A stretch of 64,000 nucleotides of DNA from Patescibacteria group bacterium. GTDB taxonomy: Bacteria > Patescibacteriota > Patescibacteriia > Magasanikbacterales > GWA2-37-8. The stretch is from NCBI GenBank assembly GCA_004321885.1, contig SCQK01000014.1:95464-159463 (forward strand), in the 5' to 3' direction. Under the pieces are notes generated by a model. The model saw only the letters and a program-made list of their open reading frames with translations. It did not search any database and had not been told where the DNA came from. A program made the translations under genes and the position numbers. This document shows, in pieces, positions 1 to 9,256 of the stretch. The stretch's first letter is position 1. Every line of letters begins with the position of its first letter.

Positions 1-339
1 CGGCGAGGCGCTGACGGATAATTTCGCCAAACCGTATTCACGCGCCTTGCCCGATTCAACGCGCCCGCCAAAAAAATCTGCCATCAACTGATGCCCGTAG
101 CACAGACCCAAAATCGGCGCGCTGAGCGTAAAAATTTTTTTATCAAAAGGCAAACGCGCGTCGCGCACCAGCGAACGCGGACCGCCGGAAAGGATGATTC
201 CACACGCGTTTTTCAATCGTTCGGCTTTGACGTTATTCGGGTAAATACGTGAAATAACGCCCAGTTCGCGCACGCGACGGGCGATGAGATGGGTGTACTG
301 GGAACCGAAATCAAGGATGGCGATTTCACTTTTTGGCAT
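1..339 (-). CDS. guaA: GMP synthase (glutamine-hydrolysing), N-terminal class-I glutamine amidotransferase domain; gene continues beyond window start (partial)
   Basis: Reverse-strand translation from ATG at 339 reads MPKSEIAILDFGSQYTHLIARRVRELGV...GIILSGGPRS...LGLCYGHQLM, which matches the GuaA GATase N-terminus. It is not in the ORF track because it is cut by the window edge. It is divergent from guaB. Confidence 0.8.
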   Translation of the reverse strand, partial: MPKSEIAILDFGSQYTHLIARRVRELGVISRIYPNNVKAERLKNACGIILSGGPRSLVRDARLPFDKKIFTLSAPILGLCYGHQLMADFFGGRVESGKAREYGLAKLSVSASP

Positions 340-394
340 ACTTGCAATAAAATCGGCTATACTATACCATACAACCAATTTACAGCCAATATTT

Positions 395-1858
395 ATGCGT
401 GAAACACTTACATTTGATGATGTTTTGCTGGTGCCGCAGAAGTCCGACGTTCTGCCCAAAGACGCCCATCTGACCAGTTTTTTAACACACGAAATCAAAT
501 TGAATTTGCCGTTTTTGAGCGCGCCCATGGACACGGTCACCGAACACGGTATGGCTATTGCTTTGGCCCTCTCCGGCGGCCTGGGCATTATCCACAAAAA
601 TTTGTCTTTGGAACAGCAGGTAGCCGAGGTGCGTTGCGTAAAAAGATTTGAAAACGGTTTTATAGAAAATCCGGTTACGGTAAAACCGGATGACAAAATT
701 TTGAAAGTTGACAAAATAAAAAGCGAGCTGGGTTTTAAGAAAGTGCCGGTCTGCGACGAAGGCGGCCGGCTGGTCGGCCTTATTTCCGACGTGGATTATT
801 ATATGCCCGACGACGCCGAGGCGCCGGTGCGGGAAAGAATGCGCCCGCTTGGCGAACTGAAAATCGCGGTGGGTAAAATTGAACTGGACGAAGCCAACAG
901 ATTATTGCGGATGTTTCGCCTCAAAACTTTGTGCGTGGTGGATGAGAGCGGCAAGTTGGCGAGCATTGTCACGCGCAAGGATTTGGAAAAAAATCAAACC
1001 TATCCATTGGCCTGCAAGAACAAGCATAAGCAATTGCGGGTGGGCGCGGCCATTGGCGCCGGCGAGTTTGCTTTGGCGCGGGCCGACGCCCTGGTGGCGG
1101 CCGGCGCCGACGCTCTGGTGATAGACACGGCCCACGGACACTCCGAGGGCGTTTTGGAAACCCTGCGCCGGGTCAAGCAAAAATATCCTTATCAGCCGGT
1201 GCTCGCCGGCAATATCGCCACCGGCGCCGCGGCCAGGGATTTGATAGAAGCCGGCGCCGACGCTATAAAAGTTGGTATCGGGCCCGGTTCAATCTGTACC
1301 ACGCGCGTTGTTTCTGGCGTGGGCATGCCCCAGCTCACGGCCATTATGGACGTGGCCGAAACCGTCAGGGCCATGGGCAGCCAAACGCCGCTCATTGCCG
1401 ACGGAGGCATTAAAAATTCCGGCGATATCGTGAAAGCCCTGGCCGCCGGCGCCAGCTCGGTGATGATGGGCAATATGTTCGCCGGCACCGACGAAGCCCC
1501 GGGCCGCGTGGAATTTTTGAACGGGCGCATGTATAAAGTCTATCGCGGCATGGGCAGTTTGGAAGCGATGGACAGGGGAAGTAAAGACCGCTATGGCCAA
1601 TGCGATGTCAGCGAAAAAAATAAGCTCGTGCCCGAAGGCGTCAGCGGCCGCGTGCCGTACAAGGGCCACGTGGCGCGCATTATTTTTCAGCTGGCCGGCG
1701 GGGTAAAAAGCGGCATGGGCTACCTGGGGGCGCGCACCATTCCAGCACTTCAGCAAAAAGCCGAATTTATAAAAATTTCTTCGTCAGGCGTGCGCGAAAA
1801 TCATCCGCACGACCTGCTTTCGTTTGACGCGGCGCCCAACTACCGCGCCGATGAATAG
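395..1858 (+). CDS. guaB: Inosine-5'-monophosphate dehydrogenase with CBS pair
   Basis: [18 protein letters not shown]-terminus, catalytic [11 protein letters not shown] loop, CBS region. The ORF-track start at 284 is probably an upstream extension; ATG at 395 fits the canonical N-terminus. Confidence 0.93.
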   Translation: MRETLTFDDVLLVPQKSDVLPKDAHLTSFLTHEIKLNLPFLSAPMDTVTEHGMAIALALSGGLGIIHKNLSLEQQVAEVRCVKRFENGFIENPVTVKPDDKILKVDKIKSELGFKKVPVCDEGGRLVGLISDVDYYMPDDAEAPVRERMRPLGELKIAVGKIELDEANRLLRMFRLKTLCVVDESGKLASIVTRKDLEKNQTYPLACKNKHKQLRVGAAIGAGEFALARADALVAAGADALVIDTAHGHSEGVLETLRRVKQKYPYQPVLAGNIATGAAARDLIEAGADAIKVGIGPGSICTTRVVSGVGMPQLTAIMDVAETVRAMGSQTPLIADGGIKNSGDIVKALAAGASSVMMGNMFAGTDEAPGRVEFLNGRMYKVYRGMGSLEAMDRGSKDRYGQCDVSEKNKLVPEGVSGRVPYKGHVARIIFQLAGGVKSGMGYLGARTIPALQQKAEFIKISSSGVRENHPHDLLSFDAAPNYRADE

Positions 1859-1860
1859 CG

Positions 1861-3237
1861 TTGACAATAATTTTTTATATGACCGAGCCAATCAATCAAA
1901 CAGAAACACCAAAGGAACAGCGTAATTTCATCAGGGTCACAAAAAAAATCGCGGCGATTTTTGTGATACTTTTGCTCATTGGTTTGGGTGCGATGCTTTA
2001 CGTGGGCGCCCAGGCCGGCCATTGGGCCTATGCTAATTTTTTGCATTGGAAAAATAAAAATGCCGGGTCGTTTATTTTTAATCCGGCGCAAAAAATAAAA
2101 GACTTGTTTCGGGCGCCGCAAAAAACCGCGCCGGCAGCCGCGCCGGCGCAAACCGTGCGCGTGGTCAGCGAGGAGTCGGCCGTGATAGATGTGGTAAAAA
2201 AAGCCTCGCCGGCCGTGGTCAGCGTCATCGCCAGCGAGGAAGTGCCCAAATTGGAGCAGTGTTTTGAGGATTACAACAGCGGCTTGCCGCCCCAGTTGCG
2301 CGATTTTTTTAATTTTGATTTCCGGGTGCCCGGCTTGTGCCAGCGCGGCACTGAAATTCAGCGGGTGGGCGCGGCCTCGGGTTTTATCGCTTCCGCCGAC
2401 GGCTATATTCTGACCAACAAGCACGTGGTGGAAAATGATAGGGCCGAGTACACCGTGGTGCTAAACGATGAGAAAAATTTCGGCAAAAAAGTGAAGGCCC
2501 TGGTGGTGGCGCGCGACCCCGCTAACGACATTGCCGTGCTTAAAATAAATTTGAGCGGACTGCCTGAATTGGATTTCGGCGATTCGGATAAATTGCAGGT
2601 GGGGCAAACCGCCATTGCCATCGGCTATTCTTTGGGGCAGTTTGAAAATACCGTGAGCAAGGGAGTGGTTTCTGGCTTGCTTCGCTCCATCACCGCCGCG
2701 GGCTCGCGCGCCGGCGCGGAAAGACTGCGCGGCCTGATTCAAACCGACGCGGCCATCAATCCGGGCAATTCGGGCGGTCCGCTTTTGGATATCGGGGGCA
2801 ATGTCATTGGCATGAATGTGGCCGTGGCCGACGCGCAAAGCATTGGTTTCGCCATTCCGATAAATGCCGTGAAAAAAGTTTACGATGAAGTGAGAACGAC
2901 CGGCAAAATCAGCGCGGCCAAACAGCCGTTTTTGGGGGTGCGCTATGTGCCGGTAAATGAAGAACTAAAAAAGAATTATAAATTATCCTACGATTACGGT
3001 ATGCTTTTGGTGAAAGGCAAAGACGTCAGCGAGCCGGCTGTGGCGCCGGGTTCTCCGGCCGACCAAGCCGGGCTCAAAGAAGGGGATATTATTTTGGAAG
3101 CCGGCGGGAAAAAGTTGGATGAAAGAAATTTGCTTGGCGATGTGATAGCCGAACGCAAGATTGGCGATGACATTTCACTTTTGGTTTTTAGCGGGGGACA
3201 AACCAGAGATATAAAAGTAAAATTGGGAGAAAAATAG
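1861..3237 (+). CDS. HtrA/DegP-family trypsin-like serine protease with N-terminal TM anchor and C-terminal PDZ domain
   Basis: GNSGGPL catalytic Ser motif, H/D/S order typical of S1C; PDZ-like GSPADQAGLKEGDIILEAGG. Confidence 0.85.
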   Translation: MTIIFYMTEPINQTETPKEQRNFIRVTKKIAAIFVILLLIGLGAMLYVGAQAGHWAYANFLHWKNKNAGSFIFNPAQKIKDLFRAPQKTAPAAAPAQTVRVVSEESAVIDVVKKASPAVVSVIASEEVPKLEQCFEDYNSGLPPQLRDFFNFDFRVPGLCQRGTEIQRVGAASGFIASADGYILTNKHVVENDRAEYTVVLNDEKNFGKKVKALVVARDPANDIAVLKINLSGLPELDFGDSDKLQVGQTAIAIGYSLGQFENTVSKGVVSGLLRSITAAGSRAGAERLRGLIQTDAAINPGNSGGPLLDIGGNVIGMNVAVADAQSIGFAIPINAVKKVYDEVRTTGKISAAKQPFLGVRYVPVNEELKKNYKLSYDYGMLLVKGKDVSEPAVAPGSPADQAGLKEGDIILEAGGKKLDERNLLGDVIAERKIGDDISLLVFSGGQTRDIKVKLGEK

Positions 3238-3263
3238 TCTATTCATTCCGAAGAATTTAAGCT

Positions 3264-3989
3264 GTGAAAATATTTATTCGCGACGACGCGGACCAAAGCG
3301 TGTATAACGAAATTTTTAAGCTGGGCGAATATCGCGCCGCGGACAAAGCCATAAAAAACGCGCGTGAACCCGTTATAGACGTCGGCGCGCACGCCGGCTT
3401 TTTTAGTTTGTATTGCCGCGCGCTCAATCCCCAGGTGAAAATTTTCGCCATTGAACCCGAGCCGGAAAATTTTAAGCAGTTACAAAAACACATCGCGGGC
3501 AACAATATTAAGGGCGTGGAGCCGGTGCCAGCCGCTTTGGCCGGCGAGACCGGGGAGAGGGAGTTGATAATATCCAAAGACAATCATAATCATCGGCTCC
3601 GATTACCCCCTCCTCGCCTCCCCCTTATAAAGGGGGAGGACAATTTCCCTCCCCTTGATAAGGGGAGGGCGAGGGAGGGGTACTGGGTCGCGGCTTTTTC
3701 CTTGGGTGATTTTTGCCGGCGTTATAAAATCAAAAACGTCGCTTTGCTCAAAATGGACATAGAAGGAGGAGAGGAAGAAACGTTCAAAAGTGCGAGCGCG
3801 TCTGATTTGGCTATGGTAAAAAACGTAATTTTGGAGTATCATGGTAATAACTTCGCGCCAATAGAACAAAAATTGCGCGAAAACGGTTTTGGAGTACAGA
3901 AATTTCCGTCCAAGTTTGATAATAAAATGGGTTTTTTGTTTGCACGCAATAAAAGGTATGTCTCACCAAGCATGGATAGTGGCGGTTGA
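3264..3989 (+). CDS. FkbM-family SAM-dependent methyltransferase carrying an in-frame palindromic-repeat insertion
   Basis: VIDVGAHAGFFSLY and KMDIEGGE FkbM motifs. Residues ...HRLRLPPPRLPLIKGEDNFPPLDKGRAREGY... are encoded by two tandem family-A hairpin repeats (3600-3685). Confidence 0.7.
   Translation: MKIFIRDDADQSVYNEIFKLGEYRAADKAIKNAREPVIDVGAHAGFFSLYCRALNPQVKIFAIEPEPENFKQLQKHIAGNNIKGVEPVPAALAGETGERELIISKDNHNHRLRLPPPRLPLIKGEDNFPPLDKGRAREGYWVAAFSLGDFCRRYKIKNVALLKMDIEGGEEETFKSASASDLAMVKNVILEYHGNNFAPIEQKLRENGFGVQKFPSKFDNKMGFLFARNKRYVSPSMDSGG
3600..3685. repeat. Family-A GC-rich hairpin repeats (two tandem units) inside FkbM CDS
   Basis: CCTCCCCCTTATAAAGGGGGAGG and CCCTCCCCTTGATAAGGGGAGGG followed by GAGGGAGGGG tail. 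Confidence 0.85.
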
Positions 3990-5283
3990 CATGGGCTATG
4001 GCCACCAGCGCGCGGCCCACCCTTTGCGCCACTTGTCGCCCACGGGCAAGGTGATTACGGCCAACAACTACGCGGGCATTCCGGTCAAAGACCAGAAAAT
4101 CTGGCAGGATTCCGAGACTTTTTACGGGCATGTTTCGCGTCTGTCCAATCTGCCGCTTATTGGCCATTGGTTATTCGGCCTGTACGATAAATTGCAAAGC
4201 ATTGCCGAGTTTTATCCGCGCCGCGATTTGTCCAAACCCAATTTTCAGCTCAAACAAATGTACCGGCTGATTGGCAGGGGCTGGGGCAAAGATTTGGTGA
4301 ATTTTTTGAACACGCGGGATGTGCCGCTTATCACCACTTTTTTCTTGGTGGCTTTTTTCGCTGAAGAACACGGCTTCAAAAACGATATTTACTGCGTGCT
4401 CTGCGACGCCGACATCAGCCGCGCCTGGGTTGGTTTCAATCCGCCCAAGAGCAGAATCAAATATCTGGCGCCCTGCCGGCGCGTAGTGGAGAGGCTGAAG
4501 CTTTACGGCGTGCCCGAGAAAAATATCTATCTCACAGGCTTTCCCTTGCCCGAAGAAAATCTGGGCGGCGCCCAGCTGCATTCTCTAAAAAGCGATTTGT
4601 CCGAGCGCATTATTAATTTGGATCCCCAAAATCGGTATCGCCAAAAATATTTCCAGACCGTGAAGCATTTTTTGAAGGACGCGAACAAGGAAGAGGCGCA
4701 CAGCCATCCGCTCACCCTCACTTTCGCCGTGGGCGGAGCCGGCGCGCAGAGAAATCTGGCCAAGGACATTTTGCGCAGCTTAAAGAAAAAATTATTGGAT
4801 GAAGAAATCAATCTGAATCTGGTCGCCGGCAATCGCAACGACGTGTATTTGTATTTCCGCGACCATATCGCCGAGACTGGTTTGGGCAAGTTGGCGGGCC
4901 GTAATCTGAATATAATTTTTGATGTCAATAAGGAAGATTATTTTACCAAGTTTAACAGTTGTTTGCGCAGTACCGATATTTTGTGGACCAAGCCGAGCGA
5001 GCTGGTGTTTTACACGGCCCTGGGATTGCCCATTATTATGGCGCCGTCTCTGGGGTCGCAGGAGGTTTTCAACCGCACCTGGCTAAAAACCATCGGCGGG
5101 GGCATTTCGCAAAACGAGCCGCGCTACACGCGCGAGTGGCTGATGGACTGGGTGGATTCGGGCTGGCTGGCCGAAGCGGCCATGGCCGGTTTTCTTGACG
5201 GCCGGCAGTTCGGGGTGTACAACATTATGGACGTGGTTTTTAACGGCGTGAGAGAGCCGGCCAAGAGCTATCAGTTGTTGTAG
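3958..5283 (+). CDS. Putative GT-B glycosyltransferase (MGDG-synthase/UgtP-like N-terminal GxGH motif); overlaps upstream methyltransferase by ~32 nt
   Basis: IVAVDMGYGHQRAAHPL resembles the N-terminal G-x-G-H nucleotide-sugar motif of the GT28/MGDG synthase family; the rest is unrecognised. Start chosen to keep the first beta-strand. Confidence 0.4.
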   Translation: MSHQAWIVAVDMGYGHQRAAHPLRHLSPTGKVITANNYAGIPVKDQKIWQDSETFYGHVSRLSNLPLIGHWLFGLYDKLQSIAEFYPRRDLSKPNFQLKQMYRLIGRGWGKDLVNFLNTRDVPLITTFFLVAFFAEEHGFKNDIYCVLCDADISRAWVGFNPPKSRIKYLAPCRRVVERLKLYGVPEKNIYLTGFPLPEENLGGAQLHSLKSDLSERIINLDPQNRYRQKYFQTVKHFLKDANKEEAHSHPLTLTFAVGGAGAQRNLAKDILRSLKKKLLDEEINLNLVAGNRNDVYLYFRDHIAETGLGKLAGRNLNIIFDVNKEDYFTKFNSCLRSTDILWTKPSELVFYTALGLPIIMAPSLGSQEVFNRTWLKTIGGGISQNEPRYTREWLMDWVDSGWLAEAAMAGFLDGRQFGVYNIMDVVFNGVREPAKSYQLL

Positions 5284-5294
5284 TCGTCAATAGA

Positions 5295-5332
5295 CCCTCT
5301 CCTATTAGGAGAGGGATACAGGGTGGGGTTTG
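5295..5332. repeat. Family-A hairpin repeat (intergenic)
   Basis: CCCTCTCCTATTAGGAGAGGG + ATACAGGGTGGGGTTTG tail. Confidence 0.8.
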
Positions 5333-5350
5333 TATTAAATAATTTTTTGA

Positions 5351-7285
5351 TTGCTTATGCCCATAAGACTTTCGCCGGAAGTCAATATACCAGAGCCGAA
5401 AATGGAACAAAAGCCAGTCTCGGAATTATCGCGATTGCGCCATGAGTTGGATTTTGCGGACAAGATAAAAGGTTTTGAGGCCGGAGTGGAAAGTCCGAAT
5501 GATGGGCGGATAATGGCCGATGTTTTGGAAAGGCGCGATTGGGGGCATTTGTTCAGGGAAGCCAAGAAAGGACGAAGAATACTCACGTTCAAGACGCCAA
5601 GCGACGAGGTTTATAATTTAAAGAAAATGAATGACAAGGTTTTGGGCCCGACCAGGGTTGATGAAATCTTTATTTTTCGGCGTAAATTAATGGATGAAGC
5701 GGCAAAGAAAATCGGGGCGAAAGTCGTCATCAATCCGGTTGTCGCCGATGTCATGATTATAGATGAAGCTCGGAAGAATATAACCGAGGATGAATTAACA
5801 GAGATTGCGCGGGAAATTAAAGAGAAAATGACAGCCAAGATTTTGGCCCTGGCCGAGTCGGCGCAAGAGCCGGGCCGTCGCGAGGCGGCCGCGGCCTTTA
5901 TAAAAGAATTTAAGAAAAGCGGGTATGAAGTCAGGTTTGGTGTGGCCGATATTGAAGGCGACGACGAAGCGGCTAAAATTTCGGCTGTCAGCCGGTCTTT
6001 GCAAGCGTGTAAAATGGCAGCCGAGGGCGAATTTGGAAGCGTGTACAATCCGGAAAAAATCCTGCAAACCTTAGAGAGGATTTCGGTTTTAACGGAAGAA
6101 ATTGATAAAGCGGGCAATGAAATTACCGATGCAAATGGCTTTTCGTATTACATTATGATACAAGGAAGCATAAACATAGATGTTTTGCGCATGGCGCGCA
6201 GTTATTCCTTGAAAGTCAAAAAAGGCGACACAGACGGGGCAAAACAGCTAAGCCGTATTTTGGAGTATCTCAGCTTGATAAATAATTTGGATAATGTCAA
6301 ACCCTTTACGATGAAAGAGGTTGACGCGGGCGAGACCAAAAAACGAATAGCCCGCCATGAAGCGTTGGCAGAGAAAGTTAGAAGCGGCGATCTATCGGAT
6401 GACGAGAGAGCCGAGGCGGCCAAAAGCATTGAGAGAGATGAAAAGGACGGCCGCTTCACCGCCAGGAGCATTTTTCACCAAAGGGCTTCCGCGATGAGCC
6501 ATTGCCATTACATATTGATAGACGTTCGCGATATCGGAGTTGAGCAGTTAAAAAAATACGAGAGAAGGACTTTGGCTATCGCCCAGTTGAAAGACGACGC
6601 CACCAAAGTTGAGGCGTATGAGCAGGCGTCATTGGAGGCGGACGATGACACTACGGAAAAATTGCGTCGTTTTAGGGATGTCATCGTGGAGACAGTCAGG
6701 GAAAAATTTTCTTTGTCCGAGGCGGAAGAAATTTTGGGTTTTGTGGGCGGGGACGAGCTTAACTTGGCGATTGACGGCGACAAGTTTGGCCAGGAAAAAG
6801 TGGATGAATTGATTTTTGCGATAAAAGCCAGGCTGGCGGCGGGCGGAGTGGAAGCGAGAATCCAGACAGTTGTTTCACAGGCCGAGAAAGACATTGACAG
6901 CGCGAGCGGCCAGGAAGAAAAATTACAGGCTCATTTTGAATCGCTTAAAATGGCCGAAGAAGGCGCGGATATCGCCAAAGCCGTGGAGGATTTGGAGCGG
7001 AAATTGAATTACTATTTAATTAGGGGAGAAGAATATCCGGAGGAAGGAGTGGCGCCGGAGCGGCTGAAGGACTTTTTGGGCGACTTGAATTGGCTTTTTG
7101 AATTTCAAAATAAGAAGTTTAAGTGCGTTGATTTTAAGGTTGAAGCGCTCGGCGATGAACGGGTCAATATTGTGGGCCGCAAATCGTCTTTGCAATATTC
7201 CAAAAAGGAAATTAAGGCAAAATTGGAGAGTTTTATAACTCCGAACGATGTGGCAAAGATGCCAAAGGAGCTGAAGATGGCGTAA
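5351..7285 (+). CDS. Large acidic hypothetical protein (644 aa), mostly helical
   Basis: Long ORF, coding-like composition, strong terminator downstream. No confident family; see finding on possible palm-like D..D / GGDE motif pair. Confidence 0.6.
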   Translation: MLMPIRLSPEVNIPEPKMEQKPVSELSRLRHELDFADKIKGFEAGVESPNDGRIMADVLERRDWGHLFREAKKGRRILTFKTPSDEVYNLKKMNDKVLGPTRVDEIFIFRRKLMDEAAKKIGAKVVINPVVADVMIIDEARKNITEDELTEIAREIKEKMTAKILALAESAQEPGRREAAAAFIKEFKKSGYEVRFGVADIEGDDEAAKISAVSRSLQACKMAAEGEFGSVYNPEKILQTLERISVLTEEIDKAGNEITDANGFSYYIMIQGSINIDVLRMARSYSLKVKKGDTDGAKQLSRILEYLSLINNLDNVKPFTMKEVDAGETKKRIARHEALAEKVRSGDLSDDERAEAAKSIERDEKDGRFTARSIFHQRASAMSHCHYILIDVRDIGVEQLKKYERRTLAIAQLKDDATKVEAYEQASLEADDDTTEKLRRFRDVIVETVREKFSLSEAEEILGFVGGDELNLAIDGDKFGQEKVDELIFAIKARLAAGGVEARIQTVVSQAEKDIDSASGQEEKLQAHFESLKMAEEGADIAKAVEDLERKLNYYLIRGEEYPEEGVAPERLKDFLGDLNWLFEFQNKKFKCVDFKVEALGDERVNIVGRKSSLQYSKKEIKAKLESFITPNDVAKMPKELKMA

Positions 7286-7299
7286 AATACTTAATACAA

Positions 7300-7331
7300 A
7301 AATAGCCTTGAATTTAGGGCTATTTTTTTGC
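7300..7331 (+). terminator. Rho-independent terminator after 5351..7285
   Basis: Hairpin ATAGCCTTGAATTTAGGGCTAT followed by TTTTTTT. Confidence 0.7.
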
Positions 7332-7419
7332 GTTTAGTTTATCCACAGGCCAGCCCTTGATTTTTTTTCGGCTTTATGCTATGTTGGTTTGTCCCTATAA
7401 TGGGGAAGAGAGGAGACCC

Positions 7420-7995
7420 TACGGATGTGTGCTCGGCGATGGTTTTTTAGAATCGCCGGGCTGAAAGTCCGGCGGGTTGCATGGGACCCGCGTTCGCGGG
7501 AACTATGCTTGGAGTTTTGTTGCAGTGAGCTTGGAAACGGAGTTTCCAGCCCACTGCTTAGCCGCAAGGTCTGGCACGGGATTTTTGGGGATTTGCGCAA
7601 GCTTATCCTCAAGCCAGACCACATAGACACGTATACGTTGAAGCCAGTGTCTATGAGGCCGTTGGTGCCGGGCAGTTTGGCGCCTGATCCCGGGGGCGAA
7701 ATGCGAGTGAGACTCGTTTTCGCCGTTGGCCCGGGCGGGGCGAGCACTGACAGGGCCGGTGCGGAAAACGCGGCCGCGTTAATAGAATGGGAGTGGCCGC
7801 GTTGGTGGCGCAAGATGCTCTTCTTTTTTAAGGGAGAAGAGCAAGCCATGAGCTTGACGCCCGTGGATGACGTTGCCGCGGACACAATCGCGGCAAACAA
7901 ATAAAATTACGCCCGACAGAGCATCAGAGCATCGCCGGGCGAGCACATCAAGGAGAAAGGAGGAAAACCCGGCAGTTCGTCTGACCGGGTTTCGT
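7420..7995 (+). ncRNA. Candidate structured ncRNA (~570 nt) with RNase P RNA-like motifs; identity unresolved
   Basis: Perfect -10 TATAAT at about 7404-7409 with a weak -35. The region is GC-rich and non-coding-looking (the ORF 7425..7904 has a nonsense-like composition). It ends in hairpin AAACCCGG-N12-CCGGGTTT plus a T-run at about 7960-7995. It contains GAAAGTCCGG (P4 5' strand-like) after a P3-like hairpin GGCGAT..ATCGCC, and GGCACGG ... GCAAG..CCA.AUAG resembling CR-III of RNase P RNA. No T-loop, so it is not tmRNA. Confidence 0.4.
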
Positions 7996-8003
7996 ATTTT
8001 TAC

Positions 8004-8052
8004 TGTCATTCCAGCCCGCCTTTAGTCCCAGCGAAAGCTGGGATGGAATCCA
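8004..8052. repeat. Family-B repeat variant (TGTCATTCC-hairpin-GGAATCCA)
   Basis: TGTCATTCCAGCCCGCCTTTAGTCCCAGCGAAAGCTGGGATGGAATCCA. Confidence 0.7.
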
Positions 8053-8060
8053 TTCGCTGG

Positions 8061-9215
8061 TCATTTTTTCTCCTGCCCCAGCCAGTAGGCCGCCAGCAAA
8101 GTGGCGATGGGCACGGATAGGGCCACGCCGATACTGCCCACCAGGGTGCGCACGATTTCCGTGGCAATGGTTTCGTTGTTTATGGCTTGGGCCCAAGAGA
8201 GCGGCGGGTCGCGTTGAATATGAAACAGCAGTAAAACAGGCAAAGACGCTCCGGCGTAGGTTAAAAACAAAGTATTGACCAAGGCGCCCAAATGCGCGTT
8301 GCCGATTTTATAGGCTGATGTAAAAACTTGCGCGGGCGACAGCGACGGATTCGCGTTTTTTATTTCCCGCACTGCTTCAATTTGCCCCACGATTACATCA
8401 TCAAGCACGCCGATGGCGCCGATAAGTATGCCGGATAGTAACAGGCCCTGAAAATTTATGGCGCCCTTGTTCGCGCCGATTAAAAACATGGCCTCTTCCT
8501 GCCCCAGGCCGGAAAGCCGCGCCAGTTTCGTGAAAAGCCAAGACAGAAAAAACGTGGCCGCCAGCGAGAGCAAAACACTGACAATGGCCAGGTGGGATTT
8601 TTTATTCCAGCCTTCGTTTAAGTAAATAATGATGGCCAGCACCGCGAAGGCGCCAAACAAGGCGATGGGCAGGGGACTGACGCCTTTCATGAGCAAGGGC
8701 ACAATTATTTTGATAATTAAAAAAAAGCTGATGGCCAAGCCGACCAGGGCCAGCAGGCCTTTTTTCTTGCCCACCAAAAGAACCACGAGCGCGAAAATGA
8801 GAGTCAGCCACAACAGGGGAGTCTGGCGCACGTAATCTACTGCGTAAAAATTTTCCGTGCCATCGCTGCGCTTGACATAATTTACCAAAACCTTGTCGTT
8901 GACTTTATAAACTCCGGACGAGAGCACATCCAAATCGGAAATGCCGCTCACATTAAATTCTTTGTCTTCCCATTTTCCCTCCAGCCCGCGCAGAAGCAGA
9001 TTTTGTTGGACGGCTTGGCGGCCGTCCGGGCGCGTCGTTTCTTTTTGTTCCAGTATTTTTATTACTTTGGCTTTGAAAACCGCTTCTGTTTCATTGGCCG
9101 CATACGTACCGGCTGGCAGAAACAAAATAAAAAACAGCGTCAAAATAAAAATAATGAATCGTTTACGTCCCTCCCTTAGGGGGAGGATAGAAGGGGTATG
9201 CATGATGTTATACAA
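8061..9215 (-). CDS. YibE/F-family polytopic membrane protein
   Basis: N-terminal signal/TM, extracytoplasmic region, then 6-7 TM helices with the YibE/F-like layout (…SGLGQEEAMFLIGANKGAINFQG…). Confidence 0.55.
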   Translation of the reverse strand: MYNIMHTPSILPLREGRKRFIIFILTLFFILFLPAGTYAANETEAVFKAKVIKILEQKETTRPDGRQAVQQNLLLRGLEGKWEDKEFNVSGISDLDVLSSGVYKVNDKVLVNYVKRSDGTENFYAVDYVRQTPLLWLTLIFALVVLLVGKKKGLLALVGLAISFFLIIKIIVPLLMKGVSPLPIALFGAFAVLAIIIYLNEGWNKKSHLAIVSVLLSLAATFFLSWLFTKLARLSGLGQEEAMFLIGANKGAINFQGLLLSGILIGAIGVLDDVIVGQIEAVREIKNANPSLSPAQVFTSAYKIGNAHLGALVNTLFLTYAGASLPVLLLFHIQRDPPLSWAQAINNETIATEIVRTLVGSIGVALSVPIATLLAAYWLGQEKK

Positions 9216-9218
9216 CAG

Positions 9219-9252
9219 TCATTCCCCCGACTTAGTCGGGGGAATCCAGTCG
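9219..9252. repeat. Family-B repeat
   Basis: GTCATTCCCCCGACTTAGTCGGGGGAATCCAGTC. Confidence 0.85.
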
Positions 9253-9256
9253 TCAA

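Noticed and set aside
879-1756. Antisense and alternative-frame ORFs inside guaB (879..1121, 902..1180, 1192..1530, 1289..1756)
   Set aside because: Fully embedded in a well-supported conserved gene; no independent support.
7425-7904. 159-aa ORF (and antisense 173-aa ORF) in the GC-rich interval
   Set aside because: Trp/Arg/Cys-rich low-complexity translation; no start context or domain; both strands open because of high GC. Treated as ncRNA instead.
7420-7995. tmRNA identity for the ncRNA candidate (ORF ends ...DDVAADTIAANK)
   Set aside because: No tRNA-like acceptor/T-loop (GGTTCGAATCC-type) at the 3' end and no GGGG 5' start; tag-like ending is coincidental.
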